This document shows, one piece after another, positions 10,653 to 21,185 of a DNA stretch of 64,000 bases. The stretch covers positions 480,001 through 544,000 of the forward strand of contig CAXXUA010000005.1 in assembly GCA_963663765.2 (NCBI GenBank). The letters run 5' to 3'. This DNA comes from Candidatus Poribacteria bacterium. Lineage in GTDB: Bacteria > Poribacteria > WGA-4E > WGA-3G. The notes beneath the pieces are model-generated. The model was not told the origin of the DNA. It did not search any database and saw nothing but the letters and a program-made list of their open reading frames with translations. The position numbers and the translations under genes were made by a program. The stretch's first letter is position 1; every line of letters starts with the position of its first letter.

Positions 10653-11936
10653 ATGGATTTAATACGTCAACCACCACGGAGACCTTCAAACCTGGGTGTA
10701 GCAGGAATTGTCGGTGCAGCACGCATGACAGACAAAGCACGCGCACACAACGAGGAGACACTCGGAGAATTTGTTTACGGAAGATATTCAGGTTTGGATC
10801 GACGGATTTTAGAATTTCTGGGAATTACAGCAGACGACTTTGCTGCTGCAGCTGATGAACACGATGATGCTAAACTCAGTGCCTGGATGCTGGAAAAGGG
10901 AAAAAAGACGGACGCAGAGATTGCTGCATTCAACAAATCGGAATTGGATAGACTACCTACTGACAAGAAACATCAACAACTTCTGGATGAACGACTCGCG
11001 AAGTTTGCACCAGATCGTACAGATATAAAAACAATACTACAATCCATTGAACTGGATGACTATGGTTGTTTCTGGCAGGTGGATCTCACTGCACGTCCGC
11101 CACGCAGTGCACGGTCAAGAGATGTTGCAGGTATCTGTGGTGTAGCACGCATGGCAGACAAAGCACGTGCGGAACGCGCCGGAAAAATCGGCGACTATAA
11201 ATTTGGTGATATTTCTGGACAAGATGTTCGCATATTGAAGTTCCTCGGTGTCTCTGCAGAAGATTTTCAAGAAGCTGCAGTTAACAACCCAAATGATATT
11301 GAACTTAGCGAATGGGTACAGAAAAACTGTAATAAAATACAAAATGAAATTGACGCATACAATCATGCTATGGTCAATCGCAGTCCCGATGAAACCACAC
11401 GAGAACGGTTTGAGTCGCGCCGAAACGACGTTGATCCTACAAGAACAGACATCACAACATGGGTTGCACTACAAGACTTGGATGATGAGTTGAGTTTTGG
11501 CATTGTTGACCTCAACCGACGCGCACCACGCAGCCCCTACAATACTGATGTCTATGGTATGGTGCAGCTTGCGCGATTGGTAGACAAAGGCAGAGCTCAT
11601 ATTGGCAATACGTTGGGTTCCTATTTTTACGGAGAGGAATCAGGGATTGATAGGATGACGCTTGGATTTTTAGGAGTATCCCCCACTGACTTTACAGAAG
11701 CGTTGAAGACATTACCAACAGATATTGACGTTGAAAGGTGGTTGCAGGAAAATTATCCAAAAAGTGAAGCAGACATCAATGTATTTAATGAAAAGATGAT
11801 ACATGCATCCCCTGAAACTGAACGGCATAAGGTGTTATGGGAAATGATGCTGAAAAAACTTGACGCTGACCCTTCGGTGATCAATACATGGTTTGCTATG
11901 TTGGACCTTGATGATGAAAAGACGTTTGCAATATAG
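10653..11936 (+). CDS. Protein with three tandem DUF5069-like domains
   Basis: DL...PRS...G....ARM.DKARA....G.Y.YG..SG.D...L.FLGV repeated three times. Confidence 0.8.
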   Translation: MDLIRQPPRRPSNLGVAGIVGAARMTDKARAHNEETLGEFVYGRYSGLDRRILEFLGITADDFAAAADEHDDAKLSAWMLEKGKKTDAEIAAFNKSELDRLPTDKKHQQLLDERLAKFAPDRTDIKTILQSIELDDYGCFWQVDLTARPPRSARSRDVAGICGVARMADKARAERAGKIGDYKFGDISGQDVRILKFLGVSAEDFQEAAVNNPNDIELSEWVQKNCNKIQNEIDAYNHAMVNRSPDETTRERFESRRNDVDPTRTDITTWVALQDLDDELSFGIVDLNRRAPRSPYNTDVYGMVQLARLVDKGRAHIGNTLGSYFYGEESGIDRMTLGFLGVSPTDFTEALKTLPTDIDVERWLQENYPKSEADINVFNEKMIHASPETERHKVLWEMMLKKLDADPSVINTWFAMLDLDDEKTFAI

Positions 11937-12009
11937 TTTACTATAGATGGTTTTCGTACTATGATAGATGTGACACGTTGATTGAGTCTTGTGATATGGG
12001 AGATAGGAA

Positions 12010-12432
12010 ATGAAGCAGTATTCAAGGTTAATTTCACTGGTAGGTGGTGTCATCTCTTTTTTTAGTTTTGCATTGCCCTGGGTGGAAGATTCCTCAGGAT
12101 TTAAACTCGCAAACATCTCTTCAAGCAACAGTAATGTAGGTTTTGTTGTGATAGTATTCATAGTTACTTTGATTATAATTGTCACGAGTTTAATACTGAA
12201 TAGACAAACATTTTTGAAAGTATTAATATCAAGAATAATAGTGATGATTTGTTGTGGTATTGGTCTATTCTGTCTTTCTTATCTGTTTTCCGGGCAAGTC
12301 AAAATCTATGGTAATTATGTTCGTGATATACAATATGGTGCGTATCTAAATACGATTGGATTTATCATTTCAATCGTAGGTATATGGAATCATCCGACAA
12401 CGAAAGATATACCACACTCCGAAGAAGAATAG
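12010..12432 (+). CDS. Small 4-TM hypothetical membrane protein
   Basis: Hydrophobic helices, FALPW motif. Confidence 0.6.
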   Translation: MKQYSRLISLVGGVISFFSFALPWVEDSSGFKLANISSSNSNVGFVVIVFIVTLIIIVTSLILNRQTFLKVLISRIIVMICCGIGLFCLSYLFSGQVKIYGNYVRDIQYGAYLNTIGFIISIVGIWNHPTTKDIPHSEEE

Positions 12433-12469
12433 GGAAATGGAAACAACAATCGCTAACATTGAATATTAT

Positions 12470-12684
12470 CAGGACTTACGCACCCAACGGTAGGCGGGGA
12501 ATGCCAAAACGGCATTCATACCCGACGAATGCCATAGGCGCATTCGGCGTTGATTTGGGGGAATGCCTAAATGGCATTCATACCGTTGATTTCTTGATTT
12601 GGCGCCGGAAACCTAAAAAATGCTGAAAATTACATCGTTTTCGTCTTAATTCTTGATTGGATCATGAAAACTGCGTAAGTCCTG
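12470..12684. mobile_element. MITE family B (TIR CAGGACTTACGCA), 5-bp TSD ATTAT, containing nested micro-hairpin elements
   Basis: attat|caggacttacgca ... tgcgtaagtcctg|attat. Confidence 0.85.
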
Positions 12685-12878
12685 ATTATTCAACATGAAG
12701 GTTTATGGTAGGTTTTAGAATTATTAGTTACATGATACGACTGTTTTCAATAGAAGTGACCTCCCAGACGCGACCGAGATGCTTTTGCAATAGAAGAAAA
12801 TACTCCAATAAACAATAATGGGAGGTACCATCAAGAAACAATGTTATGTCTGAAATGGTATAATATTTTTGTGGACTT

Positions 12879-13313
12879 ATGGAGAAACAAACAATGTATT
12901 TATATCACGGAAGCAAACAGTTGTTTCCCAAATTGAAAAAACGCAAAGCTCAAGCACCACCAGGGAGACCTCCCGAAGAAGCCTTAGAGGCAATCTATTT
13001 AACACCTGATTTTTTCTTTGCATTGGCTTGCGCAGCAAGACCCCCCGGAGTTTCTAATATAGATCTGACAAAACGAATCATTTGCTTTGAAAACCCTGAT
13101 CAGTTTGAGCCAAACGAGACGATTTACATCTATTTTGTAGATTCAACAAAAATACCAGAGGATAAGAAAATTGAAATTGATCCATGGCAGGTTGCTGTAA
13201 CTGAGAATGAGATAACTCCAGATAAAGTTGAAACCTATAAGTCTGGTGACTTGCTGAAACACTATCGCGTTACCGATAAATGGATTGACTCAGATGAAGG
13301 CAATTCAGGTTAA
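12879..13313 (+). CDS. Hypothetical protein, possible ADP-ribosyltransferase-like fold
   Basis: LYHGS and IYLTPD motifs resemble ART strands 1 and 2. Confidence 0.5.
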   Translation: MEKQTMYLYHGSKQLFPKLKKRKAQAPPGRPPEEALEAIYLTPDFFFALACAARPPGVSNIDLTKRIICFENPDQFEPNETIYIYFVDSTKIPEDKKIEIDPWQVAVTENEITPDKVETYKSGDLLKHYRVTDKWIDSDEGNSG

Positions 13314-13348
13314 TAGAACACCTGCTACATAACAAAGGAGATTACATA

Positions 13349-14293
13349 ATGTTTTTTGCAACTAACAATGGTATCTATACAATTGAAGATAATGGGAATA
13401 AAGAACCTACACAAGTTTATGAAGGCACAGACCATCAGACAATGGTTTCATTGTCAAAGGGTCACACCGTAGCGGTAGCACTATCAGGTGGAACACTACT
13501 CATCTTGTCAGAGAAAGGTGAGAAATGCATACCAACAGGTATAGAGGATCCAATCGCTTCGTTGCTCGTTGTTCGTGAGGACCCGATAACACTACTTATC
13601 GGAACGGATGAGGGTGCTTATGTCTATCGGCTCGTTGATGAAGAAGGTCCTGCTGAACGGGTTAAGTCTTTTGATGAATTAGAATGTCGGAAAGATTGGT
13701 ATACGCCATGGGGCGGTCCACCAGCTGTCCGGACTCTTGCCAAAACCCAAGACGGATTTTGTTATGCAGATATCCACGTAGGAAGTATCATGCGTTCCAA
13801 CGATGAAGGTATTTCTTGGGAACCTGTCACACCGGACCTAAATAAAGATGTTCATCAGGTTGCTACGTGTCCTGCGGATGATCATCAAGTGTTTGCGAAC
13901 ACTGCTAACGGTGTCTATGTCAGTAAAGATCGAGGGCATTCCTGGGTGAATCGGCTTGAAGGGTTGCCGGTTCGCTACGGCACCTCTATTGCAGTAGATC
14001 CTGCCGACCCAAACTTGATGATCGCCACAGTCCAAAGAGGACCACGAGGCGGTGGTGCTTGGCTTTGTCGTTCAGACAATGGTGGTACGACGTGGACTCA
14101 ACTTAACGAAGATCTCAAAGAATCAGCAGATCGGATTCGCACAGGTAGTATTGCGTTTACATCTGATGGAACAGCTTGGGCTGTAATCGGAAAAACGCTT
14201 TATATCGGTAAGGATCGAGCCACAGATTGGAGTCCGTTCTGGACAGCACCCAATGTTGATAGCGAATACCCTATTCAAACCCTTGCTGGATAG
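13349..14293 (+). CDS. BNR/Asp-box beta-propeller protein
   Basis: Repeated S.D.G.SW/TW Asp-boxes. Confidence 0.8.
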   Translation: MFFATNNGIYTIEDNGNKEPTQVYEGTDHQTMVSLSKGHTVAVALSGGTLLILSEKGEKCIPTGIEDPIASLLVVREDPITLLIGTDEGAYVYRLVDEEGPAERVKSFDELECRKDWYTPWGGPPAVRTLAKTQDGFCYADIHVGSIMRSNDEGISWEPVTPDLNKDVHQVATCPADDHQVFANTANGVYVSKDRGHSWVNRLEGLPVRYGTSIAVDPADPNLMIATVQRGPRGGGAWLCRSDNGGTTWTQLNEDLKESADRIRTGSIAFTSDGTAWAVIGKTLYIGKDRATDWSPFWTAPNVDSEYPIQTLAG

Positions 14294-14435
14294 TAGTGCT
14301 TAGTCAAGTGTTTATTGACGGATCTAAAAAGTAGTCGGGAATCGGAGTTCCCTCCTACAATACACACAATACACAAGACTTCTGTAGGAGCGATCTCCGA
14401 ATCTCGACCTACAATAGTATGTTGACTCAACAGTA
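14294..14435. repeat. REP doublet within a probable small TA-ended MITE
   Basis: agtcgggaatcggagttccctcctac ... gtaggagcgatctccgaatctcgac, same REP family as 4390-4455; imperfect ends tagtgcttagtcaa / ttgactcaacagta. Confidence 0.6.
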
Positions 14436-14470
14436 GTTTGTTGCAAGAGTAATTAGAGGAGTCTGTAGTT

Positions 14471-14836
14471 ATGAATGTATTAGGTATTGACTTTACTTTC
14501 TTTGCTGTGAGTGATATGCAGAGATCACTCACCTTTTATCGTGATACACTTGGCGTTCCACTGGCAGGTTTAGCACATGAAGGTAAATGGGCAGAATTTC
14601 AAATAAATCCAGGAACTTTAGCGTTAGGAGAAGGCGATTTCTTCACGGAACCCGGTGGTGGAATGGTCGCATTTGCTGTTGGGGACGCCAAAGCTGCTGT
14701 GGAAGAATTAGAACAAGCGGGGATTAAGCTTCAAACCCCATTGGGTGAATCTGCTGTATGTTTTTGGGCGGTTGTTGAAGACCCCGATGGAAATCGTGTT
14801 ATCATTCATCAGCGAAAGGATAAGACAGTTGGGTAG
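14471..14836 (+). CDS. VOC/glyoxalase family protein
   Basis: V.D..RS..FYRD.LG and DPDGN motifs. Confidence 0.88.
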   Translation: MNVLGIDFTFFAVSDMQRSLTFYRDTLGVPLAGLAHEGKWAEFQINPGTLALGEGDFFTEPGGGMVAFAVGDAKAAVEELEQAGIKLQTPLGESAVCFWAVVEDPDGNRVIIHQRKDKTVG

Positions 14837-14855
14837 ATAACAATTTACGATCATA

Positions 14856-15182
14856 ACGCGTTGTGCTAAATAACTATATGTTAATCATTGTTTCACATAA
14901 GCATGACGTTTTGCAGGTGTCCTTCATAGTTTGAAACGATCTTCAGTCCCGACAAATGCCATACACGCATTTGGCGTTGATTTGGTAGGGACGATATGTT
15001 TATAGAAAACGTCATAGTACATCCTCTTTAGTCCCGACAAATGCCATACGGGGAATGCCAAAAGGCATTCATACCGTTGATTTGGCGCATTTGGCGTTGA
15101 TTTGGTAGGGACGATATGTGTGCATTATAAACCTAATATATGTAAAAACTTTGAATACAATGGGTTAACTGGCACAAGTCGT
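14856..15182 (+). mobile_element. MITE family C (TIR ACGAGTTGTGCTAAATAACT-like), 7-bp TSD GATCATA
   Basis: gatcata|acgcgttgtgctaaataact ... gttaactggcacaagtcgt|gatcata; colinear with the copy at 55665-55894. Confidence 0.9.
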
Positions 15183-15300
15183 GATCATAGATCATAGTTT
15201 TATCTAAACGAATGATAATATAAAGGTTACAATTCATAATAATTGTGGTATAATATAGCATGAGTTGGTATTGTAGAACTAATTTTGTGAGGTCGCGTAG

Positions 15301-15576
15301 ATGAACTACCGAGACATTATTACCATTGAACCTGGCAAACGTGGAGGGAAACCTTGTATTCGTGGTATGCGAATTACTGTTTACGATGTCTTAGACTATC
15401 TCGCATCAGGCATGACAGTAGTCGAAATTCTTGATGATTTTCCCTATTTAACCGAAACTGACATCCGGGCATGCCTTGCCTATGCAGCAGATCGCGAAAA
15501 AGCACAGATGGTTATTTACACAAATGAAACTTCTATTCGACCAGAATCTATCGCCTCAACTGGTGAAACGACTTGA
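15301..15576 (+). CDS. DUF433 family antitoxin (VapB45-like)
   Basis: PGKRGGKPCIRGMRITV..LT..DI.ACL.YA. Confidence 0.9.
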   Translation: MNYRDIITIEPGKRGGKPCIRGMRITVYDVLDYLASGMTVVEILDDFPYLTETDIRACLAYAADREKAQMVIYTNETSIRPESIASTGETT

Positions 15577-15855
15577 GGATTTGTTCCTAATTCTACCCAC
15601 GCACAGAATATTGGGTTAGATACCGCAGCGGATTCCGAATTGTGGAACTATGCAAGCGATAGCGACTATCTCATTGTGTCGAAGGATACAGATTTCGGTG
15701 ATAAAAGTGCAATTCATGGACATCCACCTAAAGTAATTTGGATTAAGCGAGGAAATTGTTCCACAAGAACAGTTGAAAAGATATTGACAGATCACTACTC
15801 GGATATACAATCCTTTGCAAGAAATCCAGATCAAGGATTACTGATCCTGTTATAA
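15524..15855 (+). pseudogene. DUF5615 PIN-like toxin (VapC45-like), frameshifted
   Basis: MKLLFDQNLS from ATG 15524; 1-nt loss near 15586 (ttc cta att instead of ttc cct aat); continues IVSKDTDF..HGHPPKVIWIKRGN. Confidence 0.82.
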
Positions 15856-15921
15856 TTTCACTTTACCTTAAACCCCGCACTAATGTAATACTGTTGAAAA
15901 TACAAGGAAATTTACGTACTT

Positions 15922-16419
15922 ATGAAAACATTTTCAAGACTCAATCTTATATTTCTTATTTTTATTTTAGTAATCGGTATATCCAGTTGTGAACGGATAC
16001 CAAAAGTAATAGATTCTCAAACAGAAACACCACTGGCGGATCGCGACCATGTTTGGCCAGTTGATCAAAACGGTATTGAGGTGCCTATCCCAGGAACATG
16101 GGTATTAGTATCACATACGCACGAAAATTCGACATCTACAATTGGTGAAAATTTCACCTTACCTGCAGATCCCCAACCTATTCTTCAAACATCGGATGGC
16201 ACATATACAGATGATGAAGGTATACTCTGGACGAAAATAAGGCTTATAACCGCTGAAGGCGATAGGTGGCAGTTCCTTGAACGTGTAGATACAAGTGTTT
16301 CACCTCATCAACTCTACGCTGTTGTTACAGTAGATGAAAATGGAATCCCAATTCTTGAATATGGTGAATATCCATTTGATTTACCGAGGTACAACGTGCA
16401 AATTTGGGAGAAACAGTGA
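15922..16419 (+). CDS. Hypothetical lipoprotein
   Basis: Signal peptide ending ISSC. Confidence 0.65.
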   Translation: MKTFSRLNLIFLIFILVIGISSCERIPKVIDSQTETPLADRDHVWPVDQNGIEVPIPGTWVLVSHTHENSTSTIGENFTLPADPQPILQTSDGTYTDDEGILWTKIRLITAEGDRWQFLERVDTSVSPHQLYAVVTVDENGIPILEYGEYPFDLPRYNVQIWEKQ

Positions 16420-16448
16420 GGAATCACATATAAATCAGGCGCATTCCC

Positions 16449-17684
16449 ATGCTATTCCGTTTTTCACTCTACGGCTTCCTAAAAAATCAACGCTACTATG
16501 ATCCGTTTATTGTATTAGCATTCCGTGAGAAAGGTCTATCCTTTTTACAAATCGGTCTCATTTTCGGATTTAGAGAGGTATGTACGAATATCTTTGAAAT
16601 TCCTTCTGGTGCTGTAGCAGATCTTTATGGTCGACGTCGTGCCATGATATTTTCGTTTTGTGCTTATATTGCCTCTTTCGCTACATTTGCATTAAGCAAT
16701 TCACTCCTGATGCTTTTTGGTGCTATGTTCTTCTTTGGCTTAGGCGATGCGTTTCGAACCGGTACACACAAGGCGATGATTTTCGACTGGTTACGTTTGC
16801 AGGGTAGATCAGATGAGAAGACAAAAATATACGGCTTTACACGTTCATGGTCACAGATGGGGTCTGCGGTTTCTGTTCTCATTGCAGGCACATTAGTTTT
16901 TCTCCTTGGCAATTACACAGCTATTTTCTGGTATTCAATTATTCCATACCTAATAAACATCATTAATTTCTTTGGTTATCCGAAGGAACTTGATGGCGAT
17001 AAACAGAGTGAGTTTTCACTCAAAGCGGTTGCAAGTTTGTTCTGGAGTGCGATCAAACAATCAGTGCAATTCCCTCCTTTACGCCGTTTAGTTTTTGAGG
17101 GTATGGGTTTTGAAGGTATGTATAAAGCAAGTAAAGATTATCTACAACCGGTACTTGAAAAGGCTGCCACCGTATTACCAATTCTGTTAACAGTTGATAG
17201 TTCAAAACGCACTGCGGTTCTCGTTACGGTTATCTATTTTCCACTCTATTTTTTATCATCATTTGCCTCTCGGAATTCCCATAGAGTTTCGGATTGGCGA
17301 GGTGGAGATGAAGGTGCTGCGCAAGTGATGTGGTGGACAAATTTATTATTTTTTGCCCTGTTGATTCCAGCTTTTTATTACAACTTACACCCTGCGATAA
17401 TCGCTCTATTCGTCATTTTAGCAATACTTCAGAATTTTTGGAGACCCGGTTTGATTAGTCGTTTCAATGTACAGTCTTCACCTGAGATGAGCGCGACAAT
17501 TTTATCCATAGAAGGACAATCGAAATCTTTAGCGACAGTAATCCTTGCTCCATTGCTCGGATGGTTAGTAGACAATGCTGGGAACTTTTACCCAGTAGGT
17601 ATTGTTGGTACTTGCATTGCAGTGGTAATTCTTATAGCATATCATAGTCAATTAGAAGTGAAACCCGAATATAGTGCGGAGTAG
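16449..17684 (+). CDS. MFS transporter
   Basis: EIPSGAVADLYGRR motif A, multiple TM helices. Confidence 0.88.
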   Translation: MLFRFSLYGFLKNQRYYDPFIVLAFREKGLSFLQIGLIFGFREVCTNIFEIPSGAVADLYGRRRAMIFSFCAYIASFATFALSNSLLMLFGAMFFFGLGDAFRTGTHKAMIFDWLRLQGRSDEKTKIYGFTRSWSQMGSAVSVLIAGTLVFLLGNYTAIFWYSIIPYLINIINFFGYPKELDGDKQSEFSLKAVASLFWSAIKQSVQFPPLRRLVFEGMGFEGMYKASKDYLQPVLEKAATVLPILLTVDSSKRTAVLVTVIYFPLYFLSSFASRNSHRVSDWRGGDEGAAQVMWWTNLLFFALLIPAFYYNLHPAIIALFVILAILQNFWRPGLISRFNVQSSPEMSATILSIEGQSKSLATVILAPLLGWLVDNAGNFYPVGIVGTCIAVVILIAYHSQLEVKPEYSAE

Positions 17685-18327
17685 TCCTCTTATGGAACAG
17701 GTGTCTCTGTTTCCTCTTTTAGATAAACAAATTGCACAACCCCAACCGTTACCGACGAATCAGCATGCTGCTAAGGTTGTCACCGGATTAAAGTACATTG
17801 CTGATTATCTCACTGAAGTGCAACATGATTGGTTGATAAATCATATTGACAAACAACAATGGAATACTTTTTATCAACGACGTGTGCAAAATTATGGTCA
17901 CAGTTACAACTTCAATGGTCGGCAAGAAGAACAGGAAAAACCGATTGCTGCGTTTCCTGAGTGGGTGAACAGACTCTGTCAGAAATTGCAAAAAGATGGA
18001 CACATGCCTAAAGTCGCAAATCAGGTGCTTGTAAGTGAATATGAACCCGGACAAGGTATTGGAGATCATACGGATAAAGAGGCATGCTTCATGGATACCA
18101 TTGGTATTTTGAGTTTAAATTCATGTTGTGTGATGGATTTGACAAGTGTAAGTGATAAAACAAAAAAGTTTCCTATCTGGTTAGCACCAAGAAGTTTGAC
18201 TGTCTTAACTGGAGATGCAAAAAACAGATGGATGCACGGGATACCTTCCAGAAAGTCGGATATGTGGGAGGGACGAAAATATCCGCGACAGCGACGCATA
18301 TCCCTCAGTTTTAGGTGTTTGATGTAA
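17674..18327 (+). CDS. AlkB-like 2OG-Fe(II) dioxygenase
   Basis: YEPGQGIGDHTD, W.HGI, RISLSFR. Confidence 0.88.
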   Translation: MRSSPLMEQVSLFPLLDKQIAQPQPLPTNQHAAKVVTGLKYIADYLTEVQHDWLINHIDKQQWNTFYQRRVQNYGHSYNFNGRQEEQEKPIAAFPEWVNRLCQKLQKDGHMPKVANQVLVSEYEPGQGIGDHTDKEACFMDTIGILSLNSCCVMDLTSVSDKTKKFPIWLAPRSLTVLTGDAKNRWMHGIPSRKSDMWEGRKYPRQRRISLSFRCLM

Positions 18328-18350
18328 ATAGATGATTAGGAAAATGAAGC

Positions 18351-18686
18351 ATGAATGAATTAATATATCCATTTCTTATGAGCGTATTGCCCTCAGCGGA
18401 AGGTGGAGGCTATTTAATCGAATTTCCTGACTTACCAGGGTGTATGTCTGATGGGGAGACGATTGACGAGACAATAGAGAATGGAAAAGACGCTGTTTTT
18501 TGCTGGATAGAAACAGCAAAAGAGTTCGGTAACGAAATCCCTAAACCCGGTTCTGTCGATGTATTCAATGGACTGTGGGTTCAACAGATCCCTGAGTACA
18601 TCCACGTCCAAATTTTGCAACGAGCAGAGCAGAATGGTGTAAGTTTAAATACTCTGGTTACCGAAATGTTATCAGCGGAACAGTGA
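18351..18686 (+). CDS. hicB: HicB family antitoxin (no adjacent HicA)
   Basis: FPDLPGCMSDGETIDE plus C-terminal RHH-like GVSLNTL. Confidence 0.85.
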   Translation: MNELIYPFLMSVLPSAEGGGYLIEFPDLPGCMSDGETIDETIENGKDAVFCWIETAKEFGNEIPKPGSVDVFNGLWVQQIPEYIHVQILQRAEQNGVSLNTLVTEMLSAEQ

Positions 18687-18834
18687 TTGTAGGATTATCT
18701 TGACAATGCATTAGCCGGAATTAGGTACAGTCGAAAGACCGTACCTAAATTACCTCAGAAAGTTAAATAGGTTAACAGGAGTTTTCATTGCTTAAGTTTA
18801 CCGCGACACCCCAGCAGATATGACACGCAAAACC

Positions 18835-18985
18835 TGTCATTTCCGTTTTAATGACATACAATGACCCTACCATAACGTGTCAAATGAAAGGAAATGAACC
18901 TACCAGATCGCAGCAGCGCGTTTGTCAAATGAAAGGCATGAACAGCCACCAAAACCTATCAATGAAAGGAAATGAAACATGTCAA
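18835..18985 (+). repeat. Short direct repeats TCAAATGAAAGG upstream of an HTH gene
   Basis: gtcaaatgaaaggaaatgaac, gtcaaatgaaaggcatgaac, tcaatgaaaggaaatgaaac, plus an inverted tgtcatttc. Confidence 0.6.
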
Positions 18986-19380
18986 AACTCTCCATCACAG
19001 AAGCCGTCAAAATCATTCCAGTATCAGAATCGACACTCAGGCGAGACCAAAAAGTGGTAAGGTATCCTTTGAAAAAGACCAGAAAGGACGCAAGCAGATT
19101 GATGTTTCAGAACTACAACGCGTCTACGAGCAGCTAAAAACACAGAACGGATCACAACCACCAACAGACGACTCCGCAGACCCATCAGAACTTGTCAATG
19201 AATGGGAATGACAGCGAAAAAGTTATTGAATTATTGGAGGGTCAAGTGCAGGATCTGAAAGAAAGACTGGAGAAAGATGACGGAGAAAAATCCCGCTTGC
19301 TTGAGTTAGCATACAACCTGCAAAAACAGAACGAGCTCCTCATGCTCCCTAGCACAAAGAAAAAACCCGGCTTCTGGTGA
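18979..19380 (+). pseudogene. Plasmid-type HTH + coiled-coil DNA-binding protein, frameshifted
   Basis: MSKLSITEAVKIIPVSESTLRRD.. / KSGKVSFEKDQKGRKQIDVSELQRVY.. / ..LLEGQVQDLKERLEK..KKPGFW, assembled across reading frames. Confidence 0.65.
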
Positions 19381-19522
19381 TACTTCCGCCTCAAAAGATA
19401 ATACCCAGAAGGAAACATCGGAATGCCGATTATTCATTTTTCTAAATGAAAACGACGGGGCAATAATTGCAATCGCCACGCTTGTTCTTGCAGGTATAAC
19501 CCTTTGGTACGTCATTGAGACA

Positions 19523-19978
19523 ATGCGAATGAGACGAGTTACCCTGGAAATGCTACGTGTTTCCAACACGCCAGAAATTCAAGTGCCACTATATAGAATC
19601 CGGAGTTGGAGAGAACATACACTCAACCTCAATATACAAAACATAGGGACAGGTTTTGCCTATAATGTAAATTTTGATGGTAATCTTTCCACTGTAGAAA
19701 TCAGTTATAATACGCTTGCTGATAATGAAATAATGAAAAACGGCATAAACTGTTTAGGTCCTGGAAAGCGGTATCAAATACCGCTATTTCGGCAATATGA
19801 TCAGCATGATTTGCCAACAACCCTTCTTAACATGGATGTTACTTATATGGATTCAGCAAATACCCCTCATGATAAAACATTCCAACTTGATTTTACAAAT
19901 GTTGAAGGTTATACGCAAATAGGGGATCCCTCTCTTTATAGTATTGCTGAATCGTTGAGACGCATTGCAAATAGGTAA
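19523..19978 (+). CDS. Hypothetical protein; upstream in-frame TM segment suggests an earlier or lost start
   Basis: In-frame GAIIAIATLVLAGITLWY before the listed Met; NIGTG.AYNV motif. Confidence 0.5.
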   Translation: MRMRRVTLEMLRVSNTPEIQVPLYRIRSWREHTLNLNIQNIGTGFAYNVNFDGNLSTVEISYNTLADNEIMKNGINCLGPGKRYQIPLFRQYDQHDLPTTLLNMDVTYMDSANTPHDKTFQLDFTNVEGYTQIGDPSLYSIAESLRRIANR

Positions 19979-20452
19979 AGTTGATAATCATATGGGTCGG
20001 TGTGGCGGTGTTTGTGTGCTGTGCTGGAGGCTTGCGCTATGTGCCACAGGCTTCGCTGCGTTCGCTCCGCTACGCTTCGGGCGGTGATATTCGCTACGCT
20101 CCACCGTCCACCCTTCGCTGCTCCACTTCACTTTACTACGCCAGAGGCACAGGCGGGGAATGCCTAAATGGCATTCATACCGTTGATTTGGCGGTGCCTG
20201 TTACGGGCTTGTGTGCGAGAATACGCACCGCGCCCTTGCACCAGCAGGTACACAGTCCAGTGATGCATTTGCTTTGCCGCGCCCTGACTGTAGCCCTGCT
20301 GCCATTCTCATTGAACAGAGATTTTCCCGTATAAAAAACTTTTCTTGCTCCCCGTCTTTCGCCGCAATTTCTCAATTTTACTTACAATCCAAAATCGCAC
20401 GGAATATAAGCAGCACTGCAGTTTATCCGAATTCTATAAATATATATGTCCA

Positions 20453-20702
20453 GATGAAAAGTGTAAGCGAATCCCAATTCACCGAAGCCGTGTATAGGAA
20501 CTATCACGGCGAGCCGTTGACGTCTATTGCCAAAGATTTTGGTATCGGACAATCCACTTTGTCGCAACTCAAACCCGCCGCGCGGACAACTGGGAACGGA
20601 TACATCAGCAGATCGTTGCGACTGAAATCGTGCGTCTGGTTTTCGCAAACACTCCCCACCACTTCCTGTCGAGAGGACGATCCCCCAATAAACTCGATAT
20701 AA
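20453..20702 (+). pseudogene. Small HTH protein remnant
   Basis: GEPLTSIAKDFGIGQSTLSQLK helix-turn-helix, then apparent loss of frame. Confidence 0.45.
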
Positions 20703-21185
20703 CGTGAAAAAAAGTTGTTAACAGAAAAATACGAAAGTTGTATAATTCCAATATCAACTAAGATAAGCCCGAAAAATACGGGCACCTCATCTCAAAAACA
20801 AATATTTAGGTCTTAGCTTAGTCGCTGGGGTGCCGCACATTTTTTGATTAAATGGGAAATCCAGCGACTAAGCTATTGGTGTATCCACTCATGTGCAAGT
20901 GGTGTTTTATTATATTTTACGGGTATTTTCGGGTGTGAGATCAGGTGTAGTGTTCTGACTATTCTTGAAAGCACCTTATCGTTAATACTAATCTATAATC
21001 AATATCCATAATAGGAGGAAGGAAAACATGAAATTTCAATTTATGGCAAAAAACATTGACAGTTTGTTTATTGATGTCTGCTGTCGTCAGTTGAATAACA
21101 ATCACCGCCGTGTCAAAAGTCCCTCTGTCCGAACGCGGAGAGATGCGGGACACAAGCGGATAATTACCATATAGGAGATAGACTC

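Noticed and set aside
12010-18686. Integron cassette array of small same-strand genes
   Set aside because: No RYYYAAC/GTTRRRY attC pattern recognised between genes and no integrase.
18719-18751. GAAA-tetraloop hairpin as a tRNA or ribozyme fragment
   Set aside because: Single stem-loop only; no further structure. More simply a terminator or REP-like palindrome.
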